NCBI GenBank assembly: GCA_963666345.1
Contig: OY762721.1
Location: forward strand, 1,504,001-1,568,000
Reading direction: 5' to 3'
DNA: 64,000 bases
Source of the DNA: Desulfatiglandales bacterium
Lineage (GTDB): Bacteria; Desulfobacterota; DSM-4660; Desulfatiglandales; Desulfatiglandaceae
The notes beneath the pieces were generated by a model that saw only the letters and a list, made by a program, of their open reading frames with translations, ran no database searches and was not told the origin of the DNA. A program made the position numbers and the translations under genes. Below, piece after piece: positions 42,444 through 52,952 of the stretch (its first letter is position 1; each line of letters starts with the position of its first letter).

Positions 42444-42474
42444 GAAAAACGCATAAAATCATGGGCGTCCCCCT
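42444..42474 (+). repeat. Cassette-boundary repeat R4 (subtype B)
   Basis: GAAAAACGCATAAAATCATGGGCGTCCCCCT; 35 bp identical to R5 including trailing GTCAT. Confidence 0.95.
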
Positions 42475-42903
42475 GTCATAGGGCTATCTGATGCCCTTAA
42501 GGATGAAGAGAGGCTCGCAAATTCTTTTGCAGACAGCATCACCCCTCTTCTTATTCCAGAGATACAAATTCATGCCTGGCGCGACAGGGAACTGATCGTC
42601 GTTACGGTACCTCATACTGCAGGGCCTTTTTACATTAAGGCAGAGGGTCTTGAAAACGGTGTTTACATAAGGTTAGGTTCTACGAACCGTAGGGCAGGCT
42701 CTGAAATGATCGCTGAACTCCAGCGACTTGCACGCAACTCTTTCTTTGATGAAAAGCCTTTCCCGGAAATCAACTCGGAAGATATTGACTTCCGAGCAGC
42801 TTCCGAGTTCTTTTCTGCTGTAGCCCGTAAATTGACATCTCCAAGAATGGAATCTCTTGGTCTAGTTGTCGATCACGGTGGAAACAGCAGCAGGGCTTTT
42901 TAA
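42475..42903 (+). pseudogene. Internal fragment of AlbA_2/Schlafen-domain ATP-binding protein
   Basis: Open frame VIGLSDALKDEERLANSFADSITP...GVYIRLGSTNRRA...FDEKP begins at the R4 end; lacks N- and C-termini. Confidence 0.75.
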
Positions 42904-42929
42904 AGAAAATTAAAGATGACATATTGGAG

Positions 42930-42960
42930 AAAAAACGCATAAAATCATGGGCGTCCCCCT
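42930..42960 (+). repeat. Cassette-boundary repeat R5 (subtype B)
   Basis: AAAAAACGCATAAAATCATGGGCGTCCCCCT. Confidence 0.95.
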
Positions 42961-43033
42961 GTCATGGACAGGCAACCGATGCCTCAAATTTCGATCTCAT
43001 AACCTGGCTTGTCACCAAATCAGGAAAAGGCTG

Positions 43034-44500
43034 ATGGCTGATCTCAAAGCGCTTATAAAACAGGGAGAAGGCGTTTCTATTGAATTCAAGGAATGTAGAC
43101 GAGCCCTTAACCGGGATGTTTATGAGACCGTCTGCGCGTTTCTCAACCGTCACGGTGGAAACCTGCTCCTCGGGGTCAGTGATGCCGGTGAAGTTACCGG
43201 TGTTGATCCGGACTGCATTGCTAACATTAAAAAAGACTTTGTAACGACCATTAACAATCTGCAGAAACTCCATCCTCCTGCCTATTTGTCAGTCGATGAG
43301 GTTGATATAGAAGGCAAGACGGTCTTGCGCATTTATGTGCCGGAGAGTTCACAGGTCCACCGCTGCAACGGGCGAATTTACGACCGCAATGAAGACGGTG
43401 ACCTCGATATTACGGATCATACCCGGCAGGTAGCCGACCTGTATCATCGCAAACAATCCAGCTACTCGGAGAACAAGATCTATCCGCATGCAGGTCTTGA
43501 AGATCTGCGGTCCGACCTCATTGATAAATGCCGCAGACTTGCAGGTGTCTGGCGAGAGGGGCATCCCTGGCTTGATATGGACGATATGGAGCTGTTGAAA
43601 AGCGCGCAACTCCACCAGACGGACCCTGAAACAGGCAAAAGAGGCATCACCTTGGCCGGCATACTACTGCTCGGTAACGACCAGCTCATTTTAACGGCGG
43701 TACCGCATCACCGGACCGATTTGATCCTGCGCAAGGTCAACCTGGATCGCTATGATGACCGGGATTTGGTGTGCACCAACTTGCTCGAAAGTTATGACCG
43801 TATTATTGCCTTTGTGCAGAAGCATTTGCCGGACCCCTTTTTTCTGGAGGGAATGGAACGTATCAGCATTCGCGATACCATCTTTCGTGAGGTAGCCTCC
43901 AACATCTTGATTCACCGGGAATTCACCAACGCTTTCCCTGCCAAGTTGATTATCGAGCGTGGTCAGGTACGCACCGAAAACAGCAACAAGCCTAATGGGT
44001 TCGGCGTCCTCGACCCGGCCACTTTCACTCCATTCCCCAAGAATCCTGTGATCGGCGCATTTTTCCGGGAAATTCACCGCGCTGATGAACTAGGCTCCGG
44101 AATGCGTAAGATGATGCGCTATGGCAGGGCCTATGGCGGTGCCGATCCGGAAATGATCGAAGGCGATGTGTTTAGAATCGTTGCCAAGACTCCGGAATTC
44201 AGCGCAACAGGTGAAGGGGAAGTCACCCCCCATGTCACCCCCCATGTCACCCCCCATGTCACCCCCCATGTAAAAAAGCTGCTTAAGATTTGTGAGGGTG
44301 AGAAAGGAAGGGCGGAACTACAGGAGTTGCTAAATATAAAAGACAGGAAGTATTTCCGGGAATCTTATTTAACCCCTTCATTTGAAATCGGATTTATTGA
44401 GATGACTATTCCGGATAAACCTCAAAGTCGACTACAGAAATACCGGCTGACGGCAAAAGGAAAGGCATGGTTGGATAAGAATAGGGATAAGGGAAAATAA
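43034..44500 (+). CDS. AlbA_2 (Schlafen-like) + RecG-C-like ATPase domain + C-terminal wHTH protein
   Basis: GEG.SIEFK, VCAFLN..GG.LLLGV.D, REV..N.LIHR, KNP.I, LGSG, TIPDKP.SRLQKYRLT. Confidence 0.88.
   Translation: MADLKALIKQGEGVSIEFKECRRALNRDVYETVCAFLNRHGGNLLLGVSDAGEVTGVDPDCIANIKKDFVTTINNLQKLHPPAYLSVDEVDIEGKTVLRIYVPESSQVHRCNGRIYDRNEDGDLDITDHTRQVADLYHRKQSSYSENKIYPHAGLEDLRSDLIDKCRRLAGVWREGHPWLDMDDMELLKSAQLHQTDPETGKRGITLAGILLLGNDQLILTAVPHHRTDLILRKVNLDRYDDRDLVCTNLLESYDRIIAFVQKHLPDPFFLEGMERISIRDTIFREVASNILIHREFTNAFPAKLIIERGQVRTENSNKPNGFGVLDPATFTPFPKNPVIGAFFREIHRADELGSGMRKMMRYGRAYGGADPEMIEGDVFRIVAKTPEFSATGEGEVTPHVTPHVTPHVTPHVKKLLKICEGEKGRAELQELLNIKDRKYFRESYLTPSFEIGFIEMTIPDKPQSRLQKYRLTAKGKAWLDKNRDKGK
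44222..44269 (+). repeat. 12-bp tandem repeat x4 in coding linker (VTPH)4
   Basis: (GTCACCCCCCAT)4. Confidence 0.95.
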
Positions 44501-44652
44501 GTTGATAAGATTGGATCATCTCCAAAAGAGTTGATCTAAATGAAGGATTCTTCGCTCCGCTCAGTCCCACTGCTTCGCAGCGGGTTCCCAGTTTCGAAGG
44601 GTCAAGGGTTCGCGGGTTCGAGTGAAACGCTTAAAAATTACAAAGAGTTAAA

Positions 44653-44780
44653 CATCCAGGAATTGGTCATTTCCGGATATTGCTTTCAGCCATCAGCAAA
44701 TGACAAATAAGTTGATATTCCGGATCTGTTACTGACAGCTGAGCGCTGAGAGCTGATAGCTGATAGCTTGAGCCTATAAT
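44653..44780. mobile_element. Partial copy of GCTGATA-repeat MITE-like element (see 60206-60363)
   Basis: CATCCAG.AAT..TCATTTC.G.AT.TTGC.TTCAGCC.TCAGC...GAGCGCTGAGAGCTGAT.GCTGATAGC shared. Confidence 0.6.
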
Positions 44781-44922
44781 TCATTTGACTTTCCCGCTTC
44801 ATTCTTATTAGCCTGTATCGGTTTGTACTAAAAATATTTTTGAAAATTCTTGTTTTTTGCACGATTTTGTATTTAATCTGTATTTCCCTGCGAACATTTT
44901 TTCAGACTCACGCTGACGCAAA

Positions 44923-45150
44923 ATGCAAAAAAACAGGCCTGCCGCAAAAGATAGATTCACCGGATGCCTCATCGGGCTTGCAACAGCAAACGCCCCCGGC
45001 ACAACACTAGAGTTTAACCCTCCCCCTACATTTGAACCGATAAGCGATATCACCGGCGCCTTTTACGGATATGAGGGTATCCCAAACGAATGGATTTAAA
45101 AAATCGCCATAAGTGATATTATAGAGGAAACAGCAGCAGGACTTTTTAAA
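44923..45150 (+). pseudogene. Internally deleted ADP-ribosylglycohydrolase remnant, copy 2
   Basis: MQKNRPAAKDRFTGCLIGLATANAPGTTLEFNPPPTFEPISDI fused in frame to C-terminal-like GAFYGYEGIPNEWI* (stop 45097-45099). Confidence 0.65.
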
Positions 45151-45244
45151 GGCGAGGGGAAATGATCTATCGGGAGATAAATGGATAATCTCACGGGTGT
45201 CCATATAACCATTAACACTTCAACCAAAATATAGGCAAAATTTT

Positions 45245-45589
45245 ATGAAAGAATTGATTCAAAAGTTGAGAAATTTCGCAAAAGAAAGAGAATGGGAACA
45301 ATTCCATTCGCCCAAAAACCTTGCCATGGCACTGAGCGTTGAAGTTGCTGAGATTGTCGAAATATTTCAATGGTTGACACAGGAGGAAAGCAAAAACTTA
45401 AGGCCAGATGTATTGCAAAAGGTCAAAGAAGAAATTGGGGATGTAACGATATTCCTTACGAATTTAGCAGACAAACTTGGGATTGATCTTTTAGCGGCTG
45501 CAATGGAAAAGATTGAAGTCAACGAGCGGAAATATCCCGTGGATAAAGCAAAGGGAAGTGCCAAAAAATACACGGAATTTGAAAAATGA
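45245..45589 (+). CDS. MazG-like nucleotide pyrophosphohydrolase
   Basis: FAKEREWEQFHSPKNLAMALSVEVAE..E.FQW, EEIGDV, N.RKYP. Confidence 0.92.
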   Translation: MKELIQKLRNFAKEREWEQFHSPKNLAMALSVEVAEIVEIFQWLTQEESKNLRPDVLQKVKEEIGDVTIFLTNLADKLGIDLLAAAMEKIEVNERKYPVDKAKGSAKKYTEFEK

Positions 45590-47451
45590 TCGTATATTCT
45601 TCGACCAAATCAGAGTTCAGACAGGATGTCCGTGATAACCGAATTGACGGATTAATACTAGAAGCCTATCAACGCAACCTTGGCCACTCGACCAGTAAGG
45701 CAGAAATAGCATCATGGAAGAACTCCATGATGTATATGAACAATATACTGGAAGATGATGATATACCTGATAATACAGGCGTGGCCATCGAATATAAGGT
45801 CCCTCAAACCTCAAAGCGTATCGATTTTATTCTTACCGGTACTAATAACCAAAATAGAAGTACAGCAATTATTGTGGAGCTCAAACAATGGTCAGATGCA
45901 AAACTCACAGATAAAGATGGTGTCGTAAAAACAACCCTAGGTGGGGTACAGCGAGAAGTTAATCATCCGTCATACCAAGCCTGGACATATGCAGCCTTAC
46001 TTGAAGATTTTAATAAAACAGTTCAGGAGCAGAATATAGCGCTAAAACCATGTGCATACCTACATAATATGAAAAAAGGGGATGTAATCAAAAATCCTCG
46101 ATATAGGAGCTATCTTCAAAAAGCACCATCATTTATAAGAACAGATGCTAAAAGGCTATCCGACTTTATCAAACAATTCATACGCTATGGGGATTCAGGC
46201 AAAATCATATTTGAGATTGATAATGGCAAGATCAGACCATCCAAAAATCTGGCAGACAAACTTCTATCGATGCTTCAAGGCAATGAAGAATTTATTATGA
46301 TTGACGACCAAAAACTCGTCTTTGAAGCAGCTTTAAATCTGGTACAAATATCAACTGTTAAAGATAAGCATGTACTCATAGTGGAAGGTGGTCCAGGTAC
46401 AGGGAAGTCTGTTATTGCCATTAACCTGCTTGTACAGTTAACAAATGACAGACTCGTTTCACAATATGTGACAAAGAATGCTGCGCCACGTGATGTCTAT
46501 GAAAGTGTGCTGACAGGTTCGTTCACTAAAAGTCATATTTCTAATTTGTTTATTGGATCAGGTGGCTATATAAATTGTGAGCCGAATATCTTTGATGCAT
46601 TAATCGTTGATGAAGCCCACCGTCTCAATGAAAAATCAGGGATGTTCCAAAACAAGGGTGAAAATCAAATAAAGGAGATCATTAAGGCATCTAAGGCCAG
46701 CATTTTTTTTATCGATGAAGATCAACGTGTTACTTGGAAGGATATAGGCGAAATAAGGGAAATAGAAAAATGGGCCAATAAACTCGGTGCAACCGTTCAT
46801 AGAATGGAATTGCAATCTCAATTTAGATGTAATGGTTCAGACGGTTATCTGGCTTGGATCGATAATGTTCTACAAATAAAAGAAACCGCAAATGATACCT
46901 TAGAAGGCATTGATTTCGACTTTCGTGTTTTTGATTCACCGAATAAGCTAAGAGAGGCTATTCTAGATAAGAATAAAATCAATAATAAAGCAAGGTTAGT
47001 AGCAGGCTATTGTTGGAATTGGATAAGCAAAAAGCCAGAAAATAAGGCACAAAATGACATAGTCATCGAGGAGGATAACTTCGCGATGAGATGGAATCTT
47101 GCGTCAGATGGTAATTTATGGATTCGCAAACCAGAGGCAGTTAATGAGATCGGATGCATTCATACATGTCAAGGGTTGGAACTTGACTACATCGGCGTGA
47201 TCCTTGGCCCCGATATTGTTATAAGAAATGGTGAATTGTTAGTTCAACCAGATCAAAGGGCAAAGACAGATCAATCCCTAAAAGGTTATAAGAAGGCATT
47301 AAACGAAAATCCAGGAGCTGCCATTGCTAAAGCTGAAGCTATTGTCAAGAATACATACAGAACACTGATGTCACGAGGGCAAAAGGGTTGTTATATCTAC
47401 AGTACAGACCCAGAAACAAACGCATATTTTTCAGAACTAGCAAAATCAGTT
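45586..47451 (+). pseudogene. DUF2075 (Schlafen group 3-like helicase) protein with N-terminal nuclease-like domain; 5' part, interrupted by IS21
   Basis: RIDF..IIVELKQW, GGPGTGKS, IVDEAHRL, QFRC, IHTCQGLELDY, NTYRTLMSRG; ATGA overlap with MazG. Confidence 0.85.
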
Positions 47452-47554
47452 TGTCAATAGGCGTTGAAAATTGACCCATCATCGGCGTCCAAAATTGACC
47501 CACCCCTGAGAAAAAAATATGGTTAAATAGTTGAGTAGTTGATCCCTTCTTTAT

Positions 47555-48286
47555 CTATGAAGCTGCGTGTTTCATTCTCCAGCTTTCGTTACCTGTTTCT
47601 ATAATTTCACAATGATGAGTCAATCGATCAAGCATGGCCGTAGTCATCTTTTTATCTCCAAAGACTTGGGGCCATTCACCGAAGGTCAAGTTGGTGGTAA
47701 TCACTATGGATGTCTGTTCGTAGAGTTTTGATATAAGATGAAAGAGCAGTTGACTGCCGTTTTTGGAAAAAGGCAGATAACCCAGTTCATCGAGGACCAC
47801 AAGATCAAATCGAAGTAGTCTTGCTGTGATTTTGCCGGCCAATCCAATCATTTTTTCCTGCTCAAGCTCATTTGCCAGATCCACCAGGTTATAAAACTTG
47901 CACTTCCTGCCATTCCTTATGGCCTGGGCCGCTATAGTTATGGCTAAATGGGTTTTGCCCGTACCGGTGCCACCTACAAAAATCAGGTTGATATGTTCGG
48001 CTATAAAATCACCCTGATAAATAGACCTAATCTGGGCTTCATCAACACAGGCCCCGTTAAAATCAAAGCCATCGATATCTTTAAGGACAGGAAACCTGGC
48101 CTGTCCCATACGATATCGGATACTCCTTATATATCTTTCGGCAGCTTCAGCCTTGAGCAGTTCCAGGATTACCTTTTCAGGAGTTGAATGGGTCTTGCGT
48201 CCATTGGAGACAACTTCATCATAAATGGACTGCATACCCCGCAACTTTAGTTTTTCCATATGGTCCATGATATCATTGCGCAGCAT
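47555..48286 (-). CDS. istB: IS21 helper ATPase IstB
   Basis: [38 protein letters not shown]. Confidence 0.96.
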   Translation of the reverse strand: MLRNDIMDHMEKLKLRGMQSIYDEVVSNGRKTHSTPEKVILELLKAEAAERYIRSIRYRMGQARFPVLKDIDGFDFNGACVDEAQIRSIYQGDFIAEHINLIFVGGTGTGKTHLAITIAAQAIRNGRKCKFYNLVDLANELEQEKMIGLAGKITARLLRFDLVVLDELGYLPFSKNGSQLLFHLISKLYEQTSIVITTNLTFGEWPQVFGDKKMTTAMLDRLTHHCEIIETGNESWRMKHAAS

Positions 48287-49790
48287 GGTATCCCTCCCTT
48301 ACCAAACGTTCATAGCGGTGGCAGTCTGCTATGGGCTCTTGCTTGAGAATCAGATGGGAGGGGATACCCAAATCAGGCGTGCAATCCTGATCCTGATCCC
48401 TGTTTAAAAGATTGAGAACCACCTCTTTACTTACGGCCCTGATCTCTAGGGCCTCCTTACAGGCTTTACTTACAGCCTCAAGTCCGTAGAAAGGGACAGC
48501 ATTTAGAATGGCCACAAACTGACGGTCCCAGTCGGAAAAACGGTTTTGAAGCCCATTAAGGACGCCTTGCACAGGATGAGGAAGTTGCCAGTCTTTAAAG
48601 GGTGCTCCATTACGGAGAGCCCCGGGCTTACGTTCAAGGACCGGGACATAATGCCAGGGATTAAAAATAGTCTTGTTCTTTCCAAAATGCCTATCATGCT
48701 CTCCTACGATACAACCGTTATTTACTATCACTATCCGATCGGCATATACTCTCATATAGACCGCTTTACCCACCTGGCTGCAATTAACGCTGTATCGGTT
48801 CCGGTCATAGGTTACAAGTGAGCTGGGGGTAACCCTGGCTGGACGTTGTGCATATCCATCAAAGGGAGGTGGTAGATTTATCAGATAGGGTCTCTCTTCA
48901 CTGTAGACCTGCCAAACCGTCTTATCAGATATTGTTGGATGCTTACGGGTCTTTGCCCAGGTGATGCATTGTTCTCTAAGCAGCTCGTTTAGGTGTGTGA
49001 AATCCCTGGCCTTGATTCGGGGAGTGAAAAATCTCCTTCTGACCACACCTACCTGGTTTTCCACCTGACCCTTTTCCCAGCCTGCAGCAGGGGTGCAGCT
49101 TACCGGTTCAAATAAATAATGGGAACACAGTTGGCTGAAGCGGCTGTTGAACTGTCTTTCCCTTCCTCCCAGGATCTTGTTAACCACTGTTTTGAGATTG
49201 TCATATATGCCTTTACGGCAAACTCCTCCAAAAAACTCAAAGGCCCTGATATGGGCATCAAACACCATCTCCTGGGTCTCTCTGGGGTAGGCAATACAAA
49301 GGAAGTAGCGGCTGTGACATAACCTTATATGTGCGACCTTTGCCTTTACTCTGCTTCCGTCCAGATCTACCCACTCATGACTCCAGTCAAACTGAAAGGC
49401 TTCTGCAGGATCAAATACCAAAGGTATAAATACCTCCTTTGGCAAGCTCCTTTGATCCTGGTGCCATCTTTGAACATATCTCCTTACGCTGTCATAGCCA
49501 CCTTCGTAGCCGTTGAGTTGCAGCTCTTCAAAAAGTATCTGGGCTGTCCTGCGCAGTTTTCTGGGCAGTTTCTCATCTTCTTCCAGAAAGCCTTTCAGCA
49601 TGTCTATAAACGGTCCTAGCTTGGGTCTCGGCTGGTTGCTTCGTTCGTACTGAAAAGATGTTTCTCCGCTCCTTATCGCCTTTTTTACTGTATTTTTGCT
49701 AAGGCGCAGATCCTTCGCTGTCTGACGTATGGATTTGCCATCTCTGAGAACAGCTAATCGTATCTTACGGATTGTTTCCACTGTGAGCAT
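48273..49790 (-). CDS. istA: IS21 transposase IstA
   Basis: N-terminal HTH, FQFDW, YDNLK, WEKGQVE DDE triad, [11 protein letters not shown]. Confidence 0.96.
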   Translation of the reverse strand: MLTVETIRKIRLAVLRDGKSIRQTAKDLRLSKNTVKKAIRSGETSFQYERSNQPRPKLGPFIDMLKGFLEEDEKLPRKLRRTAQILFEELQLNGYEGGYDSVRRYVQRWHQDQRSLPKEVFIPLVFDPAEAFQFDWSHEWVDLDGSRVKAKVAHIRLCHSRYFLCIAYPRETQEMVFDAHIRAFEFFGGVCRKGIYDNLKTVVNKILGGRERQFNSRFSQLCSHYLFEPVSCTPAAGWEKGQVENQVGVVRRRFFTPRIKARDFTHLNELLREQCITWAKTRKHPTISDKTVWQVYSEERPYLINLPPPFDGYAQRPARVTPSSLVTYDRNRYSVNCSQVGKAVYMRVYADRIVIVNNGCIVGEHDRHFGKNKTIFNPWHYVPVLERKPGALRNGAPFKDWQLPHPVQGVLNGLQNRFSDWDRQFVAILNAVPFYGLEAVSKACKEALEIRAVSKEVVLNLLNRDQDQDCTPDLGIPSHLILKQEPIADCHRYERLVREGYHAAQ

Positions 49791-49911
49791 CCCTTTCCGC
49801 CTCCTTCTACCATAGTCACAGCAGAATAGAAGGCTTTCAGGGGTGGGTCAATTTTGGACGCCGATTCGCCCTATAGGTGGGTCATTTTTGCATGCCGATT
49901 CACAATCAGTT

Positions 49912-50478
49912 GATTATGAACAAAAGCAGGAGGAATTTACAGAAGCTGTGTTGGTTAATCAAGAAGAATTTCAATCAGACCAATATCCGGGTTTAAAGCT
50001 AAAGGTATTAAAGCATCATGAAGTAAAGCCTTTTGAAAACGCTGTACCGATATACGACCTCAAAATAGCAGCCGGTCAGTTTAGTGAGGAACAACTGGTC
50101 TCTGAATCCGATTGGGTGGCATTACCCGATTCGTTTCGTCCACAAAAAGGTCATTTTGTCACGTGTGTTGTGGGTGAGTCTATGAACAAGCGTATCCCTA
50201 ACGGAGCCTGGTGCTTATTTAAGGCAAATCAGGGTGGAAGTAGAAATAACAAGGTAGTTATTGTTCAGCACAGGGATATTCAAGATCAGGATACAGGCGC
50301 ATCATATACGGTAAAGCTATATTGCAGTGAGAAGATAACTGAAGGGGATGAATGGAGACACCGCAGAATTGTGTTGAAGCCAGATTCGTATATAGAGGGC
50401 TATGAGGAACTGGTGCTTGAAGATGATTCTCTTGTTGATTTGAGTGTTATCGGCGAGTTAATAGCTGTACTTGGTTAA
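49912..50478 (+). pseudogene. 3' part of DUF2075 gene: S24/LexA-like peptidase domain
   Basis: VPIYDLKIAAG.F, V.GESM..RIPNG, YTVK.Y; in frame with 45586-47451 once IS and one TSD are removed. Confidence 0.85.
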
Positions 50479-50799
50479 TGTATTATTCCAATACTATTAT
50501 AATTCTATGGACCTGTTATCTCAGGGGAATATTTTAGTTGATAGCTGAATGCTTTTTAATATCAAAGATTCAAGACTAAAATACCCCCCTTTTGTAGATC
50601 ATATTATTTCCAACCATGAAAGCTATTATAGTTGCTTAGAAAATGGGGATATATGAAAGCAAAGGACCTCGTAACTTAACTTGGGGGCGTGACAACGGTT
50701 TGAAGTTACAAATTAAATTGGCTCAAAACCTGCTTGAAGTAGCACTTAGAATGGCATTTTTTGATTCAAAATGGGTATTTTAAGAATTTCTGGTGTACC

Positions 50800-50886
50800 A
50801 TGAAGGGCTATGTCGGCGTAACAGATAACGATTGGTTTGACTTCCTTTCTCAGCAACCGGAAATAGATGAGGTCCCGTATGTATAG
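50800..50886 (+). pseudogene. 25-codon N-terminal stub paralogous to HNH gene at 52953
   Basis: MKGYVGVTDNDWFDFLSQQPEIDEV vs MKGYIGVTDNDWFSFLSKQPEIDEV. Confidence 0.85.
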
Positions 50887-51643
50887 TCGCTACATTGGAA
50901 TCGATTATTCAGGCGCAAAAACTCCCATCTCCCGTTTAAAAGGCCTCCAAGTTTTCTGTGCAACTCCAAATGAAGATCCCATTAAAGTACACCCCCCAAA
51001 CCATATAGGCTGGAATTGGACGCGAAATGAGATTGCCCATTGGTGCTCAGAACAACTCCAAAGTAATAAACCCATAATAATTGGGATTGATCATGCTTTC
51101 TCCTTCCCAATAAGCTACATGAATCGTTATGGCATCAGGGACTGGGGCCACTTCCTTGAAGATTTCTACCACTACTGGTTTACATATAATGACAATATTA
51201 CAGTAGAATCCCTGCGAAAAAACAATCCAAGGTCCGGTAATCAAAGTGAGTTTAGACTTACAGAAATCTGGACATCCTCCGCAAAAAGCGTCTTTCAATT
51301 AGATGGCCCAGGTCAGGTTGGTAAATCGACCCATAGTGGAATTCCCTGGCTGAATTTTCTTCGCCAAGATCTTCAAATTCGAGAGCACGTGCATTTCTGG
51401 CCCTTCGACGGTTTCGAAGTGCCTCCCGGCAAGTCCGTATTGGCAGAGGTTTATCCTTCAATATTTCGAAACAGATATGCCAAAAATGAGAGAAATGAAC
51501 ATGAGCAAGATGCATATTCAATTGCTATGTGGTTGAAGGATATGGATAACCGCGGGGTTCTTGAGCGTTACTTTGATCCGCCCCTAAAAATAAAAGAAAG
51601 AGAACAGGTAAAACTTGAAGGGTGGATACTAGGAGTTTATTAG
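50879..51643 (+). CDS. DUF429-like predicted RNase H-fold nuclease
   Basis: YIGIDYSGA, IGIDHAFSFP, LAEVYPS, HEQDA. Confidence 0.7.
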   Translation: MYSRYIGIDYSGAKTPISRLKGLQVFCATPNEDPIKVHPPNHIGWNWTRNEIAHWCSEQLQSNKPIIIGIDHAFSFPISYMNRYGIRDWGHFLEDFYHYWFTYNDNITVESLRKNNPRSGNQSEFRLTEIWTSSAKSVFQLDGPGQVGKSTHSGIPWLNFLRQDLQIREHVHFWPFDGFEVPPGKSVLAEVYPSIFRNRYAKNERNEHEQDAYSIAMWLKDMDNRGVLERYFDPPLKIKEREQVKLEGWILGVY

Positions 51644-51665
51644 TATTTTTAGAGAGGACAATGAT

Positions 51666-52580
51666 ATGGCTATTCCAGATTATCAGACAATTATGCTTCC
51701 GTTGTTAAGATATGCCGGTGATGGTAAAGTGCATTCAAAACATGAAGCTGTAGAATATTTGGCCGACGAATTTGACCTCAATGAAAAAGAAAGAAAGGAA
51801 CTTCTACCAAGTGGTAAACAGGGGCTTTTCGATAATCGAGTAGCCTGGGCAAAGTCATACATTAAGCAAGCGAAGCTAATTAATGTTCCAAAGCGGGGAC
51901 TTTTTGTGATAACAGAACGCGGCAACCAGGTGCTTTCTGAAGGTCCTGAAAGAATCGATGTAAAATATCTCGAAAGATTTCCAGAATTCATTGAATTTCG
52001 GCAAAGAAAGAAGAAAAAAGACACTAAGGAAGTATTGCCAAAAAAAGACTTAAAGCTGGAAACCAATCCTGAGGAAGCCTTAGAAACAGCTTTTCAAGAA
52101 CTTGAAGACAATCTTTCCTCTGAACTACTTCAAACCATAAAAGATTGCTCTCCTGCTTTTTTTGAACGTCTTGTTGTTGATGTGCTTGTAAAAATGGGGT
52201 ATGGCGGGTCACGTAGGGAAGCGGGCAAAGCCATAGGAGCCAAAGGAGATGAAGGCATTGATGGCATCATTAAGGAAGACAAGCTCGGCCTTGATATCAT
52301 TTACATCCAGGCCAAACGGTGGCAAGGCTCAGTAGGCAGGCCGGAAATACAAAAGTTTGCCGGTGCCCTCCAAGGGCAACGTGCGCGAAAAGGTATATTC
52401 ATTACAACATCTGATTTCACCAAAGATGCTCAATCCTACGTCACAAACATTGAAAGCAAAATCATCCTAATAGGTGGCAACCGCCTGGCAGAACTCATGA
52501 TCGAACATAATGTAGGCGTCTCATCTGTTGCTTCATACGAAATCAAAAAAATCGACTCTGATTATTTCATTGAAGATTAG
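51666..52580 (+). CDS. mrr: Mrr type IV restriction endonuclease
   Basis: MAIPDYQTIMLPLL, NRVAWAK.Y, FERLV, DEGIDG, IYIQAKRW, RPEIQKF.GAL. Confidence 0.95.
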   Translation: MAIPDYQTIMLPLLRYAGDGKVHSKHEAVEYLADEFDLNEKERKELLPSGKQGLFDNRVAWAKSYIKQAKLINVPKRGLFVITERGNQVLSEGPERIDVKYLERFPEFIEFRQRKKKKDTKEVLPKKDLKLETNPEEALETAFQELEDNLSSELLQTIKDCSPAFFERLVVDVLVKMGYGGSRREAGKAIGAKGDEGIDGIIKEDKLGLDIIYIQAKRWQGSVGRPEIQKFAGALQGQRARKGIFITTSDFTKDAQSYVTNIESKIILIGGNRLAELMIEHNVGVSSVASYEIKKIDSDYFIED

Positions 52581-52594
52581 TGAGGTGAAAGAGA

Positions 52595-52822
52595 ATGGCT
52601 ATTGTCAGAAAATTTGAGGGAATAAAGCTGGACAGGGATTCAAGACACACCGAAGTAAACTGTACCTATGCGATTGTCCAAGGTGAAGATGGGGAGAAAT
52701 ATCTTCAGATTGACACCTACGGCTCAGCATCCAGAAAATTCCCCGGGAAGAAAAGTCAATCCATCCGTTTCAGTCCTGAGGCGATTAAGCAACTAAAATC
52801 CATCATCAATTCTGAATTATAA
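52595..52822 (+). CDS. Small conserved-looking hypothetical protein
   Basis: GAGGTG RBS; YLQIDTYGS..RK.PGKKSQSI; directly after mrr. Confidence 0.7.
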   Translation: MAIVRKFEGIKLDRDSRHTEVNCTYAIVQGEDGEKYLQIDTYGSASRKFPGKKSQSIRFSPEAIKQLKSIINSEL

Positions 52823-52952
52823 AGGTCTAACGGTTAATTCCGGACCGCGACAACGGGTAGAAGACAAAAAGCAAAAGCTCAAAATCAGGGTTGATTTTGG
52901 GTGTGGCCATTTTTGATACTGAAATGAACCTCCTAAGGATCGTGAGGAAGCC

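Larger units (their letters stand above)
47452..49904 (-). mobile_element. IS21-family insertion sequence, 2453 bp, 7-bp target duplication ATCAGTT
   Basis: TG...CA ends; repeated AAATTGACCCA/TGGGTCAATTT subterminal motifs; ATCAGTT at 47445-47451 and 49905-49911; istA-istB. Confidence 0.95.

Noticed and set aside
42947..43033. ORF starts at the ATG inside the repeat (MGVP... at 42947 and 56257; also 60866)
   Set aside because: These ATGs come from the repeat's CATG. A better start exists at 43034, and the others are short shadow ORFs.
47452..49904. IS21 as the enzyme acting on the cassette repeat
   Set aside because: It has its own TG...CA ends and target duplication, unrelated to the repeat apart from a short GGCGTCC match.
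49843..49911. Independent gene starting at 49843
   Set aside because: Its first codons are IS21 terminal DNA; the rest is the 3' part of the interrupted DUF2075 gene.
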